IMG/VR virus record: IMGVR_UViG_3300028591_000076
Coordinates: 175,842 to 239,841 of that record
Source: a virus
Lineage: Duplodnaviria > Caudoviricetes
Reading direction: 5' to 3' (one strand)
DNA length: 64,000 nt
Below, piece by piece: positions 41,868 to 52,253 of this stretch; position 1 is the first letter of the stretch, and every line of letters starts with the position of its first letter. The notes under the pieces were generated by a model. The model was given only the letters and a program-made list of their open reading frames with translations, was not told where the DNA came from and ran no database searches. Both the position numbers and the translations under genes were made by a program.

Positions 41868-42370
41868 AAATGATAGATAGTAGAGAAAAAACACAAGAGC
41901 ATATTGATGAAGTTAGAAATCAGCTTAGTATTATTTGTGATATACTAAAAGAAAGGGGTAAAAATCACGATAAGTCTAAATTAGAAGATTTTGAAAAGCC
42001 ATATTTTGATGAAAATACAGAAAATCTTGCAAAAGAAGTATATGGCTCAGAAGAATATAAAAAGTCATTAGAAAAATTAAAACCAGCCTTAGAACATCAT
42101 TATAAAGTCAATAGTCATCACCCAGAGCATTATGAAAATGGTGTAGATGGTATGAACCTTTATGATGTAATAGAAATGTGGGCTGACTGGAATGCGGCAG
42201 TTAAAAGAAATAAAGATGGAGATATCAGAAAATCTCTAGAAATAAATAGTAGAAGATTTAATTTATCAAACCAGCTTATAAATATATTTAATAATACTAT
42301 TGAGTTTAATGAAGAGCAACAAGAAAACTCGGATATATTAAATGAGTGGCTAAATAATCATTTAAGTTAA
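41861..42370 (+). CDS. HD-like hydrolase (DUF5662 type)
   Basis: HIDEV, HDKSK, HHYKVNSHHPEHY, EMWADW. Confidence 0.85.
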   Translation: MVEMIDSREKTQEHIDEVRNQLSIICDILKERGKNHDKSKLEDFEKPYFDENTENLAKEVYGSEEYKKSLEKLKPALEHHYKVNSHHPEHYENGVDGMNLYDVIEMWADWNAAVKRNKDGDIRKSLEINSRRFNLSNQLINIFNNTIEFNEEQQENSDILNEWLNNHLS

Positions 42371-42693
42371 TTCCAATAATTATTGGAATACTCTATCAAA
42401 ATTGCCTCAATTATTGAGGCAAATTCTTTTTTAAAAGAATCATTTCTAGAATAATATTTTATAATATTATCTTCAATTTTAAAATTAAAAAGTTCTGGTC
42501 TATCAGTTATTTCAGAGATAACATAATACTTTTCTTTTTTTATAATACCATTATCGTTAAATTCTCTACTAACACACTCGCAAAGGGTATATTGGTCTTT
42601 AAGATAATTAAAAATATAAGAAATCTCACTCTTACTATATTTATTAAATTTTACCCAAGGATATGAAAATCTCATAATTCTCCGTCTAGCCAT
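42367..42693 (-). CDS. small protein with C-terminal NYWN tail
   Basis: ORF overlapping the HNH gene end. Confidence 0.6.
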   Translation of the reverse strand: MARRRIMRFSYPWVKFNKYSKSEISYIFNYLKDQYTLCECVSREFNDNGIIKKEKYYVISEITDRPELFNFKIEDNIIKYYSRNDSFKKEFASIIEAILIEYSNNYWN

Positions 42694-43115
42694 TTATCGG
42701 GGTCAAACCTTTCTGACTTTAGTCCATCATCTAATACTTCGCTAATACTAGCTGTTCCCACTTTTTTATAATTAATAATACGTTGCCACCATTTCTCATG
42801 CTCTTCTCTAGAAATCATTTTTCCAGTTACGGGCGATCTATAGGAATCAAGCGCATCATGGCATGGTCTACATAATGTATATAAATTATCTATATCATAT
42901 GTTTCTTCCACATGCCCACCAACTGAATGATAATGTGCTGGGTCTAATATCTGAAATAAATAATTTGGTAAATTAAGCTTATTTCTAATACCTAATTCTG
43001 ATGGTGTCATAATTCTACAACACCTACAAAAGCATCCATCCCTTTCTAAAACTTCTTTTTTTATAGATTGCCATTGTTCATCTTCGGAACTTCTATGAGA
43101 AACCTTCTTTTCCAT
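42672..43115 (-). CDS. HNH endonuclease
   Basis: VLERDG, CRCC, AHY, NLYTLCRPCH. Confidence 0.85.
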   Translation of the reverse strand: MEKKVSHRSSEDEQWQSIKKEVLERDGCFCRCCRIMTPSELGIRNKLNLPNYLFQILDPAHYHSVGGHVEETYDIDNLYTLCRPCHDALDSYRSPVTGKMISREEHEKWWQRIINYKKVGTASISEVLDDGLKSERFDPDKWLDGEL

Positions 43116-43171
43116 ATTTATATAGTAGCCCTTTTATAATATGTATTTTATGTATTTCTACTAATTTTTAT

Positions 43172-44530
43172 ATGAATAATATTTTTGAATACATTTTACA
43201 AGAAGCATCTAAATATAGATTTTTAGAGCCTCTTTATAATACTTACTCAGCTAAAATAAGTAATTGTCCATCATTTGATGAGATATTAAAGTATATTGAT
43301 ACAAATAATATATCATTTGACTGGCAAAATAAAGATAAAGAAAAACTTTTTAATACAATAGTGGACAGCTATATACAGTATAAGCAAAAAGGTGGCTCTA
43401 TAAAAGATAGAAAGCAAGATGCAAAAAATTTATTCATAGATAAGTTTATGACTGATAAGCCAGGTAATGCATGGGGATATGGCTTCTTTTTACATAATGA
43501 CTTAGAGACTGAGGATTATATATTTCTTTCTGTACTATCATATGATGCTGCAAAATATTGTGACTCATTTGAATGTGGCGGTGAAGGTGCAAAATGGTGT
43601 ATTGGATACGAAAAGGATGAAGGCTATTGGAAAACTTATATTGATGATAACAGGTATCTATTTGTTCTAGCTTTTAATAAGAAAGAGTACGCCAATAAAA
43701 AAAGAGAAAAGAATAAATTAAAGTATATGCTTGCATTTGACCCAGAAAGTATAGAAGAGTCTAAAGCATGGGTACAAGATGATAATGAAGACTTATGTAT
43801 TCCTAGTACAGAATGGAAACATAAATTTGGTAGATCATATAACGAAATATTAAAGAGCATAGATAATGCGGATGTTATAAGTGCTGTTCATTTTGAAAAA
43901 GATGGCGGTGAATTTTTTACTAGTAGTCCATGGATAAAGTCATCTCTCTTTGATAAAGACCATGTGGATGAAAGTATGTATATGACCGCTGAAGATGAAA
44001 CTTCTCGTGTAACATACCTAGATACATTAAAAGAAACTGGCTTTATAAATAATTGTGGCGAAATCATAATTGATGGTGATAATAAAAAACTCACATCAAG
44101 CATGATATATAACTATGATGATAAAGAAAATAAGGGTATATTAGACTTACCAACATTATTAGATTATATCGCTAAAAATACAAAGCCATTTTTAAATAAT
44201 GAGAACTATAATAAAAAAGTATATAGTCTTATAATACAAAATGCATATATTGAAAACCTAATTTGGGAGCCAGAAGCAACAAGTAATAATGTTAGATATA
44301 CAGAATTAAAAAACTGCGATGTAAATAATTTAGAATGGATAGATTACTCATCTGGTAATTATGGATTAGAGTTTGATAATGAAAGCAACTTAAAGAGGAT
44401 AACTTGGGGATGTTCTCCAGATACATTCGATTCTATGTCTTCATCTAACCTAGAGCTACATGGCATGGAACCTTTAGAAGAATATGCAAATGACGATTAT
44501 GATGAAGATTATGATTATAATGAAAATTAA
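43172..44530 (+). CDS. FExI-leader protein with GAKWCIG domain (paralogue of 25496)
   Basis: MNNIFEYILQEASK; YDAAKYCDSFECGGEGAKWCIG. Confidence 0.8.
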   Translation: MNNIFEYILQEASKYRFLEPLYNTYSAKISNCPSFDEILKYIDTNNISFDWQNKDKEKLFNTIVDSYIQYKQKGGSIKDRKQDAKNLFIDKFMTDKPGNAWGYGFFLHNDLETEDYIFLSVLSYDAAKYCDSFECGGEGAKWCIGYEKDEGYWKTYIDDNRYLFVLAFNKKEYANKKREKNKLKYMLAFDPESIEESKAWVQDDNEDLCIPSTEWKHKFGRSYNEILKSIDNADVISAVHFEKDGGEFFTSSPWIKSSLFDKDHVDESMYMTAEDETSRVTYLDTLKETGFINNCGEIIIDGDNKKLTSSMIYNYDDKENKGILDLPTLLDYIAKNTKPFLNNENYNKKVYSLIIQNAYIENLIWEPEATSNNVRYTELKNCDVNNLEWIDYSSGNYGLEFDNESNLKRITWGCSPDTFDSMSSSNLELHGMEPLEEYANDDYDEDYDYNEN

Positions 44531-44532
44531 AA

Positions 44533-45459
44533 CTATAAGGTAACTCTAAAGTCATCTATATAATTTAAGGGTAGCGCATTATTAACATATGATATTATTT
44601 CTGTCATATCAACTTTTGTTAAAAAAGTAACATTATTAGATAAACCACATTGGTGCTTCGCTTCATATAAGCTATCCATGTCATGACTATAAGGATTCTG
44701 CATAGTACCATCTTTCTTAAAAAATTGGTCGCCTTTTACTTCAAATAATTTACCATTTATATTAAAATCCGGATGGTATATATGAATTTTTCCATCAAAT
44801 TCATATTTGAATGTCTCAGTGGACCTCTCAATAGGTATATTATTAAGCTCACAATAAATCCATAAATATAATTCCCAAGAAGAGTCAAACTTTTCATTTT
44901 TATAAATATAAGTAGCTTTTAAGCAGCCAGGATTTTCTACTCCGTACCGTTCCAAACATGTCTGTTTTGCTAAATCTATATTATTATAAGACGCAGACCC
45001 GTACCTTTCCATTTTAGTTTGTTTTACTTTATCTGATATACCATCTATTTGGGAAGGATTAGATACGCCATATTTATCTAATAGCGTATTTTTACATTTT
45101 TCCCTATTAGTAAAATATTCATTACCATATCTAGCTTTTTTAGTTTCTCTACATTTTTGTCTATTTGTAAAATGTTCATTACCATATTTTAACATAGACG
45201 TTTTTTGTCTATTCTTAATATTTAACTTTTGCATTTCTTCTACAGAGCCGTATCTGCTAATAGCAGTCTGTTCTATTTGGCATGCTCTACAATACAAAGG
45301 AAACCTTATAAACCTAAGCGACCTAATAAAATCCTTATTACATTTAGAACATGTACACTTTACTTTCTGCTCACGATTATATTTTAATTTTATTTCATCT
45401 AATGTATCTTCTGATACACTTATAGGATTAATATCTATTAGCTTTTTAATTTTATTCAT
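44533..45459 (-). CDS. free-standing KYG-repeat PD-(D/E)xK endonuclease
   Basis: CxxC, KYG/RYG repeats, FDSSWE, YHPDF, EVKG. Confidence 0.8.
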   Translation of the reverse strand: MNKIKKLIDINPISVSEDTLDEIKLKYNREQKVKCTCSKCNKDFIRSLRFIRFPLYCRACQIEQTAISRYGSVEEMQKLNIKNRQKTSMLKYGNEHFTNRQKCRETKKARYGNEYFTNREKCKNTLLDKYGVSNPSQIDGISDKVKQTKMERYGSASYNNIDLAKQTCLERYGVENPGCLKATYIYKNEKFDSSWELYLWIYCELNNIPIERSTETFKYEFDGKIHIYHPDFNINGKLFEVKGDQFFKKDGTMQNPYSHDMDSLYEAKHQCGLSNNVTFLTKVDMTEIISYVNNALPLNYIDDFRVTL

Positions 45460-45558
45460 TTATAAATACATCAATATCAAATTCTATACCTAAATTAACA
45501 TAAGTAATAGTCTAACACGCAACAATATCAGTATCAATATAATTAAAGAAAAAAAAAT

Positions 45559-45585
45559 AAAGGGAACTACTAGAGTTCCCTTTTT
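45559..45585 (-). terminator. terminator after major capsid gene
   Basis: AAAGGGAACT/AGTTCCCTTT with long tails. Confidence 0.8.
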
Positions 45586-45629
45586 ATATTCTACTAAGAT
45601 TATCTTAAGCGGCCTTTAAGCCGCATGGA

Positions 45630-47270
45630 TTATCTAGCTGTAACATCCTTGAGGTGAAGGATCTTAACTGTTGCAAGATATCTCTTGTTGATAACAGCCC
45701 AATCTCCAAATGTTGCAAGACCAGCTTCTTTGTAGAAGTTTTTACGCTGGATAAGACCAGTTGAAAGGAATGGAACTAATGTACCGAATGCGATAGAGAT
45801 ATCAGCTTCGTTATTAGGATTCTTCCAAACTGTAAGAACTTCGTCTGTTGGGATGATTCCAGATGGAGCCTTGAATACAGGTTTTCCACCAAGTTCACCC
45901 ATCTGGTGAATACCTTCGAAGTACTGAGCACCCTTGTCAGAATAGTGCTGGTTAAGTTTGATGTATGTACCTGCTGAAGGACCAGCTACAAGGCGTGATA
46001 CACCACCACGGTTGATATCATTTAACATGTTATCAGCTACTGTATCGAGAGCGCACTCAAATGTCTGTGCGTTAGCGATATAACCTTCAAGGTGTCCGCC
46101 TTCTGTCTGGTTATAAGCAGCATCGAATGTTACACGATAACCTTCACCGTTTGTTCTAGCTTGCTGATAAGCAAGTTTAACTGCACGATAGTCAAGAGCT
46201 ACACGAATAGCCTGAGCAGCATATGTTACAAGATACTCTTCAGCTGATACGTTGAAAGATGTATCAAGAACGATTTCAGAAAGTGAAGACCAAGAAACAC
46301 CGATAGATGTTGGACGTGGTTCGAAGAAGTAATCAGATGTTCTGATTTCAACTTCACCTAAGAAGTTACCTTCAAAGTCATCTTCTGAATTGTAACGAGC
46401 AAATGCTTTAAGTTCTTTAGCATCTACTGTCTTATCTTTTACGTTAGACTCAAATACTGTAACGTTGAGGTTACCATTTGCATCAAATGCAGCAGCGAAT
46501 TTGTAGTCTGGGTTTACCATGAACTTCTTTGATTCTTTCTGCTGAACAGCAACTGGTTCTGTTTCTTTACCGTAGTAAACAACAGCATAACCATCAATCA
46601 TTTTTTCGCCTTTTTCACCCCATTTTTCAGAAGCGTCAGCCTGAGCAAGAGTAATCTTACCATCTACTGCGTCTACTTTATGGAATGCGAATGTAGCAAC
46701 TGCACCTTCAGCTGCATCGATTGCAACACCGTTAGCAAGTTCCTGATTGATTCTGTCTTCAGTTGTTTCGTAAATTGCTTTACGAGCATTTTCACTGTTG
46801 ATAGAGTTTCTGAACTCTGGTTCATCATCATCATAAAGACGATTGTAATCTTCTGTTTTGTCAATAAGAGTCTTTCCGTTGAAAGTCTTAGAGTAAACTG
46901 GACGAACATACTTGATAGAGTCACGTGCTGTTTCCATTGCGAACTCTGTGAAGATTTTGTTACGAACGATGTTAGGCATAGAAAGTCTAACAAGTCTTAA
47001 CATATTTTCTGGAGTGAATCCCTGGAAAGCATCTGCAGTCTGTGTTTCAGAAAGTCTGTTTAATACAGCTGCCTGGTTATCAAGGTTACAAGCGAGGTTA
47101 CGCTGTGTAGATTCGTCAAATGTGTCCATGTCTTCGCCGATACCAGGCATAGACTTCCAAATGTCAATACGCTTTGCAAGACGATAGTTTCTATCTGATC
47201 TTGTAAGAGCTTCATCAAGCTGCTGTTTTTCTACATCATTAGCAGCATTCATTCTAGTTGATAAAGACAT
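45630..47270 (-). CDS. major capsid protein (T4 gp23-like)
   Basis: LACNLDNQ, LRLVRLSMPNIV, motif layout of gp23-type capsid; strongly biased high-expression codons. Confidence 0.85.
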   Translation of the reverse strand: MSLSTRMNAANDVEKQQLDEALTRSDRNYRLAKRIDIWKSMPGIGEDMDTFDESTQRNLACNLDNQAAVLNRLSETQTADAFQGFTPENMLRLVRLSMPNIVRNKIFTEFAMETARDSIKYVRPVYSKTFNGKTLIDKTEDYNRLYDDDEPEFRNSINSENARKAIYETTEDRINQELANGVAIDAAEGAVATFAFHKVDAVDGKITLAQADASEKWGEKGEKMIDGYAVVYYGKETEPVAVQQKESKKFMVNPDYKFAAAFDANGNLNVTVFESNVKDKTVDAKELKAFARYNSEDDFEGNFLGEVEIRTSDYFFEPRPTSIGVSWSSLSEIVLDTSFNVSAEEYLVTYAAQAIRVALDYRAVKLAYQQARTNGEGYRVTFDAAYNQTEGGHLEGYIANAQTFECALDTVADNMLNDINRGGVSRLVAGPSAGTYIKLNQHYSDKGAQYFEGIHQMGELGGKPVFKAPSGIIPTDEVLTVWKNPNNEADISIAFGTLVPFLSTGLIQRKNFYKEAGLATFGDWAVINKRYLATVKILHLKDVTAR

Positions 47271-47633
47271 AATCTTTTAATTTCCTATTTAATTTTGTTT
47301 TGGTTTTTATTAGCTAAATGCTTTTACCCAGTTTATTAAGAGTGCAATTATAGTTAAGGCCAAATAAAAATTCCTTTTATTCCGGGCATTTTTAATCCCA
47401 TTTGCTACCAGTTAACTCTTCTTTAGTCTTGGTATTGCTTTAACTTCCATATACTACTAAAAGCGCTGTGCTTTAGTGGTATATTTATTTAGTATAACTT
47501 TTAGAAAACTATACTATAATAATTAGTATATACCTTAAAAAAGGTTGCTAATAAATTATTTAGTAAGCGTCCTAAAAAAGTAATTTTTTTAATTAGTATA
47601 TCAATATAAAAAAGGTTAAAACTAATTATAATT

Positions 47634-48398
47634 ATGAGATTACCAAAAAAATTATGGCATCAGAGTAAGCCAGAATTCAGAGACTCAATATTTGAAAAAG
47701 GCCTAGAGCCAAGGGTAGGCCAAGCTACTAAAGATATTTATAATGAACTTGATGTAGAATTACCAAGACCATTTGTATATTTACAAGATATGACAATAGA
47801 TATATATGGTATTGGTAGAGATTATGATATTTGGGAAATAGATACAGATAAAATAAATAATAGTCTAGTAAGAATTGACCCATTATTACAAGATTTCTGT
47901 TATATATATCCAGAAGTTATTCCGCCAGAATCACTTATTTTAGTACATAAGGGTACAGGTCAGAGTTTTCGTAATAATAGGGGAGAACTAAGTAAGTCGG
48001 AAGATGAAATAGTTAAAGATATACTTAGCTATATTGGAAAAGGCTCATCTGAAATACCAGAAAAATTATATCATAAGGGTAATCCAAAATATAGAGAGGA
48101 TATTCTTAAAAATGGACTAGAGCCACGTATAGGAGATAGCTATTCTTTATTTTATACAGATAATATGGGCTATACAAAAGATGAGCTTGAGCCGCTTGTA
48201 TTTTTATATGATAGGTCTATATCTGAATATGACTCAACTTATGATGATGATATATATGAAATAGATACTAGGAAGCTTGATAAAGATTATTTATCTAAAG
48301 ATAAAGCATTACCAGAATATTGTTATACCTATAAAGATAGAATTTGGCCGTCTGCATTTAAGCTTATTTATAAAGGTACAGGTAAAAGCGACTTTTAG
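47634..48398 (+). CDS. tandem duplicated Tpt1/KptA-like ADP-ribosyltransferase-fold domains
   Basis: Two ~120 aa repeats: LWHQS...SIFEKGLEPR / LYHKG...DILKNGLEPR, (W/Y)EID, I(P/W)P, KGTG. Confidence 0.6.
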   Translation: MRLPKKLWHQSKPEFRDSIFEKGLEPRVGQATKDIYNELDVELPRPFVYLQDMTIDIYGIGRDYDIWEIDTDKINNSLVRIDPLLQDFCYIYPEVIPPESLILVHKGTGQSFRNNRGELSKSEDEIVKDILSYIGKGSSEIPEKLYHKGNPKYREDILKNGLEPRIGDSYSLFYTDNMGYTKDELEPLVFLYDRSISEYDSTYDDDIYEIDTRKLDKDYLSKDKALPEYCYTYKDRIWPSAFKLIYKGTGKSDF

Positions 48399-48437
48399 GT
48401 AAATAGAATCCTAATTATTCTATATAGGAGACATTAT

Positions 48438-48743
48438 ATGGCAAATAAGCATAGCGCGGCTATACGAACATACTTAAATAATACTTATGGTAAAACATTA
48501 AGTGAAAATAAAGATGGTATAAATTATGAAATAAAATATACTGGTGAATATTTTATGAGAGGTATTCCTCAAAAAGACGGTACTATAGTATATGCTATAT
48601 TTGAGCAATCTATGGCAGATGGTGATATTAAATCTGATATGGGACGTTTAACTTATTATGAACTTCCTTCTTCTTTAACGGAAGAAGAAGCTAAAGATAT
48701 TGTTGGTACTATAAGTTTAGACGAGAATAATATCGTAAATTAG
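48438..48743 (+). CDS. hypothetical protein
   Basis: AGGAG RBS, CTAATT upstream. Confidence 0.75.
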   Translation: MANKHSAAIRTYLNNTYGKTLSENKDGINYEIKYTGEYFMRGIPQKDGTIVYAIFEQSMADGDIKSDMGRLTYYELPSSLTEEEAKDIVGTISLDENNIVN

Positions 48744-48792
48744 TATTATATATTTAAAAAATAAAAGGCGCATTTAATGCGCCTCTTTTTAT

Positions 48793-49530
48793 TTATGAAT
48801 TATATCTATCATACATCTCATCAGCTTGGTCTTCAAGGTCCTGCTGGTATCTAGAATAAGCGTCATAAACGCCATCTGGGTCATTTATAGGCGCCTCTGA
48901 ACACCAATTTTCTAAGTTATCTGGAATACCAATATAATTAAAGAATGTGTCATTCTGTGGTAATATTACGCCAGGCTTGTCCCATAACCATTCATTTTTA
49001 CCAAGGGATTTTATTGCATTAATAGCGTCTTCTTTAGTCTTAAATAATTCTGGTCCATGCATGTCATCTATAAAAATATCACCGCTTGGCTCATAGTATC
49101 CTTCACTTTCAGGTGGGTCCCAATATGAGCCATTACTATGATATGTTTCAATATATGAATAAGTCTGACTAAAAATTACTGCTATATAATATGTACCATC
49201 TTCTATATCAGTATAAAATGGGTATAATTTATCGCTCTCATGTATATTTGGGTCCTTTATTGTAACTTGTGTTTCAATTACAATATCATTTGTGCCAGGA
49301 TTATCCTCATCGCCTTCACCCCAGCCCGAACAATATACAGGCTTATTCTTAGCTACGAGCTTAATATTATCATCTTCATATAAGAGAGATGAGCTATCGT
49401 CAGATGACTCTTTATATTTCTCTAACCAATATTCTGCAATTTTTTCTGGCGTTCTAGGATAACGCGCTTCATCAATTCTTGCGTAGTCCTCATAAGAGGC
49501 ATTTCTTCCTAAATTCATTTTTTTATCCAT
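48793..49530 (-). CDS. acidic hypothetical protein
   Basis: GSYWDPPE motif; CTAATT 6 nt before ATG. Confidence 0.75.
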   Translation of the reverse strand: MDKKMNLGRNASYEDYARIDEARYPRTPEKIAEYWLEKYKESSDDSSSLLYEDDNIKLVAKNKPVYCSGWGEGDEDNPGTNDIVIETQVTIKDPNIHESDKLYPFYTDIEDGTYYIAVIFSQTYSYIETYHSNGSYWDPPESEGYYEPSGDIFIDDMHGPELFKTKEDAINAIKSLGKNEWLWDKPGVILPQNDTFFNYIGIPDNLENWCSEAPINDPDGVYDAYSRYQQDLEDQADEMYDRYNS

Positions 49531-49538
49531 AGAATTAA

Positions 49539-49961
49539 TTAGTTATCAAAATATATATTTATATCATCATTAGTAAGGTCAATTAAATTTAATAAGACTT
49601 TATATATTTCTGACATTTCTAAATAATCACTCTCATTATATGGCTTATTATATTTTCCATATGTTCTTTTATATGGTATACTATAATATTCTTGAGCTAG
49701 GTCCTCTAGATGAAACTTACCTATTTTAATAGACCTAAATAACTTTAATTTCTTATTTTTTCCAATTTCTTTAGAATTTAATTCATCATAAAATGGTATT
49801 ATAGCACCTCTACTATTATAAAAAGTAACCATATACTTATTATCTAAAATGCCAATTGGATTTTTAGTTATTTCTTCATATAAACGACCCGATATTGCTA
49901 TTATCTCATCTTTAATAGAACCACATAAATTTTTATTTTTAAACTTATATTTAAAAGCCAT
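49539..49961 (-). CDS. small protein with C-terminal IYFDN tail
   Basis: ORF in operon. Confidence 0.65.
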   Translation of the reverse strand: MAFKYKFKNKNLCGSIKDEIIAISGRLYEEITKNPIGILDNKYMVTFYNSRGAIIPFYDELNSKEIGKNKKLKLFRSIKIGKFHLEDLAQEYYSIPYKRTYGKYNKPYNESDYLEMSEIYKVLLNLIDLTNDDINIYFDN

Positions 49962-50226
49962 AATATAATTCTTCTATATTTAAGGAGTCACTCCACTTAT
50001 ATAGTATTTTCAAAGAGTCACTTACATGACCAGTAGGATTTTTATTAAGACCTATAGTGTGATTATGCTTAATAATTTTCATAGTCCACCTATTATTAGA
50101 ATATTCGTCTTTATTCCAAAATACTTTAAGCTGCTTATTAGTATTTTCAATAATAAGATTTTCTATAAATATAGTTTTCTTTTTTCCAATTGTTTTTATC
50201 AGGTCGTCTATAAATAATTCAGCCAT
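49951..50226 (-). CDS. small protein with C-terminal LYYGF tail
   Basis: Start moved to MAELF; resembles 56-59 kb array members. Confidence 0.65.
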   Translation of the reverse strand: MAELFIDDLIKTIGKKKTIFIENLIIENTNKQLKVFWNKDEYSNNRWTMKIIKHNHTIGLNKNPTGHVSDSLKILYKWSDSLNIEELYYGF

Positions 50227-50227
50227 T

Positions 50228-50578
50228 TTAACTAAAATAATTTTGAATAATATTAGCACAAGCTATATCACCTTTTTCTAGCTTATATGCTAACTTAAGT
50301 GCTTTAAATGCGGACTGTGACTCTTCTTGTAAAAAGCTATTTAGTTTTATTCCAAATTTCAAGCTAATAGATAAAACATTATAATCATTATGATTATCAC
50401 AATAAAATAACTGAAAAAACCAAGCATTAGAAGCTGGTATTATTTCTTGTGATTCATTAAGAGAAATTACTTTATATTTATCAATGTCTTTATTACCACG
50501 TATTTGTAGCCAATTTATGAGTTCTTCTACTATGCTTATAGACATTACATCATGTGGTAAAATTGGTTTCTCTAACAT
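50228..50578 (-). CDS. small protein with C-terminal NYFS tail
   Basis: ORF in operon. Confidence 0.65.
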   Translation of the reverse strand: MLEKPILPHDVMSISIVEELINWLQIRGNKDIDKYKVISLNESQEIIPASNAWFFQLFYCDNHNDYNVLSISLKFGIKLNSFLQEESQSAFKALKLAYKLEKGDIACANIIQNYFS

Positions 50579-50649
50579 ACTATAATTAAATTAGGAAATA
50601 ATCATAATAATTAAAGAGACTAGATAATAAATATCTAGCCTCTCCAACA

Positions 50650-51246
50650 CTAATCGTAGCCTAATAATTTTCTATTTTTATGTATTTTTTCATAGCCAGG
50701 ATAATCAATAGGATTAGCTACACCGTGCTTTCTACTGTACCTTTCTGGAAAGAAATAGGCTCTTGCACGTACAGTAAAGAAATTAAATAAGTCCATATCT
50801 GCATTTCTAACTGGGATAGGATCTTCTAATCCTTGAGCTCGCTTAAGAGCTAAAGCTAGCCCCACAATTGGATAATGATGCGTTTCAATTGGATTAATAT
50901 AAGAAATGCCATAAGATACTTCTTTATCTATCCCATTTTCTTTTAAAGCTACCATAACTCCAAATGGACGACTTCTTTGCGTTTGAAGTGCCTTGGTACC
51001 ATCAGGTAAATCTATTTCTTTACCAATATAACCTCTTCTTATACGAAGAGACAACATAGCTTTGGTACCATTTTTCTTAATGAAATCTTTAATATACTGC
51101 TCTGCTTCAATAACATCCTTCGCAGCTTTAAGATTTTCATCCGTCAAAACAAAGCCGGTTTTAACCGGCATTGATTTAGAAAGTTCTGTTCCTGACCTTC
51201 CCATTTTAATCAGTTCAGAGACTGATACTGTACGAATTTGTTCCAT
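50650..51246 (-). CDS. hypothetical phage protein
   Basis: GGAGG RBS; PFGVMVA...YGIS...GLALALKRA. Confidence 0.8.
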   Translation of the reverse strand: MEQIRTVSVSELIKMGRSGTELSKSMPVKTGFVLTDENLKAAKDVIEAEQYIKDFIKKNGTKAMLSLRIRRGYIGKEIDLPDGTKALQTQRSRPFGVMVALKENGIDKEVSYGISYINPIETHHYPIVGLALALKRAQGLEDPIPVRNADMDLFNFFTVRARAYFFPERYSRKHGVANPIDYPGYEKIHKNRKLLGYD

Positions 51247-51365
51247 AATAGCGGAACCTCCGTAAAAATAATATATTAAGAAATAATATAGTAGTAGATA
51301 TTTTTTAAAATATTACTTACTACTAATTCCTTATTCACATTATATAAATAATTTAGTATAATATA

Positions 51366-52025
51366 TTATACTAACTTTTCACTAATAGCATCATTATATC
51401 TCTCTGTCAAAGAGTCCTTATTCCATAAGGTTATATTAAATGCTAAATTTCTCTTATAACACTTTATATAGCCATTATTTTGATATAAATCCACTGACTC
51501 ATCCTCTAAATGTTCGCTATTTACAAAAAATTCTGGTACTACTAGCGTATCAAAATTACTAACCCAAAAAGCAGCAAATGAATCTTCGCCAGAAGAATCA
51601 CCACAGATATATTCATCCCAGTCACTTCTTATATAGATTATAATTTGCTGTGTATCCAGATAATAAAATGGGTTTCCTTCATCAAAATAGCCTTTACTAG
51701 TACAGCAAGGTAAAAAATATTCATCTACAGGCGTATCTGGATATAATGACTTTACTGCTTTAGGATATTTAGCTAAATTACTCAACTCATAATCTTTATA
51801 GTCACATATTTCCTTTAGCCAAAAACACCAATCTCTAAATTGAGCATCATTCAAATAGAGATTATGTAGCTTCTGCATATATTCTTTTTTCTGATTTTCC
51901 CTGTCTTCTCTAGCTTGCTTTCTATCAAACTCATTCGTTGCATCTACAAGCTTAGACCAGTCCTCTTGAGAAATATAATGCGTTTTTGCATAATCCAATA
52001 AATCATTAAAAGACAAATTATTCAT
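51366..52025 (-). CDS. hypothetical protein
   Basis: 219 aa ORF. Confidence 0.75.
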   Translation of the reverse strand: MNNLSFNDLLDYAKTHYISQEDWSKLVDATNEFDRKQAREDRENQKKEYMQKLHNLYLNDAQFRDWCFWLKEICDYKDYELSNLAKYPKAVKSLYPDTPVDEYFLPCCTSKGYFDEGNPFYYLDTQQIIIYIRSDWDEYICGDSSGEDSFAAFWVSNFDTLVVPEFFVNSEHLEDESVDLYQNNGYIKCYKRNLAFNITLWNKDSLTERYNDAISEKLV

Positions 52026-52031
52026 ATATAC

Positions 52032-52253
52032 CTATAAATATTTTGTTATTGTATTAATATTACAATATGGACAACAACGTATAACATATACAGTTCCTTT
52101 AGGATTTATATATGGTATCCGTCTTATATTTTGATAATAGTATGTATGTCCACAAATATCACACATTTCTTGATTATATAAAGACTCTTCAGGTTTAGGC
52201 GTAGTCTTTATACTTTCCGAAAATGGCCAGCCCATTTTACCACATAGCCCCAC
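52032..52253 (-). CDS. small zinc-finger protein
   Basis: CDICG...CCPYC. Confidence 0.6.
   Translation of the reverse strand: MGLCGKMGWPFSESIKTTPKPEESLYNQEMCDICGHTYYYQNIRRIPYINPKGTVYVIRCCPYCNINTITKYL

Noticed and set aside
46673..47187. Short alternative ORFs inside the capsid gene, and similar nested or antisense ORFs (2082, 8975, 13934, 19734, 24731, 31181, 43636, 51062, 62484, 63233)
   Set aside because: Shadow frames of strongly supported genes, with no RBS or motif support
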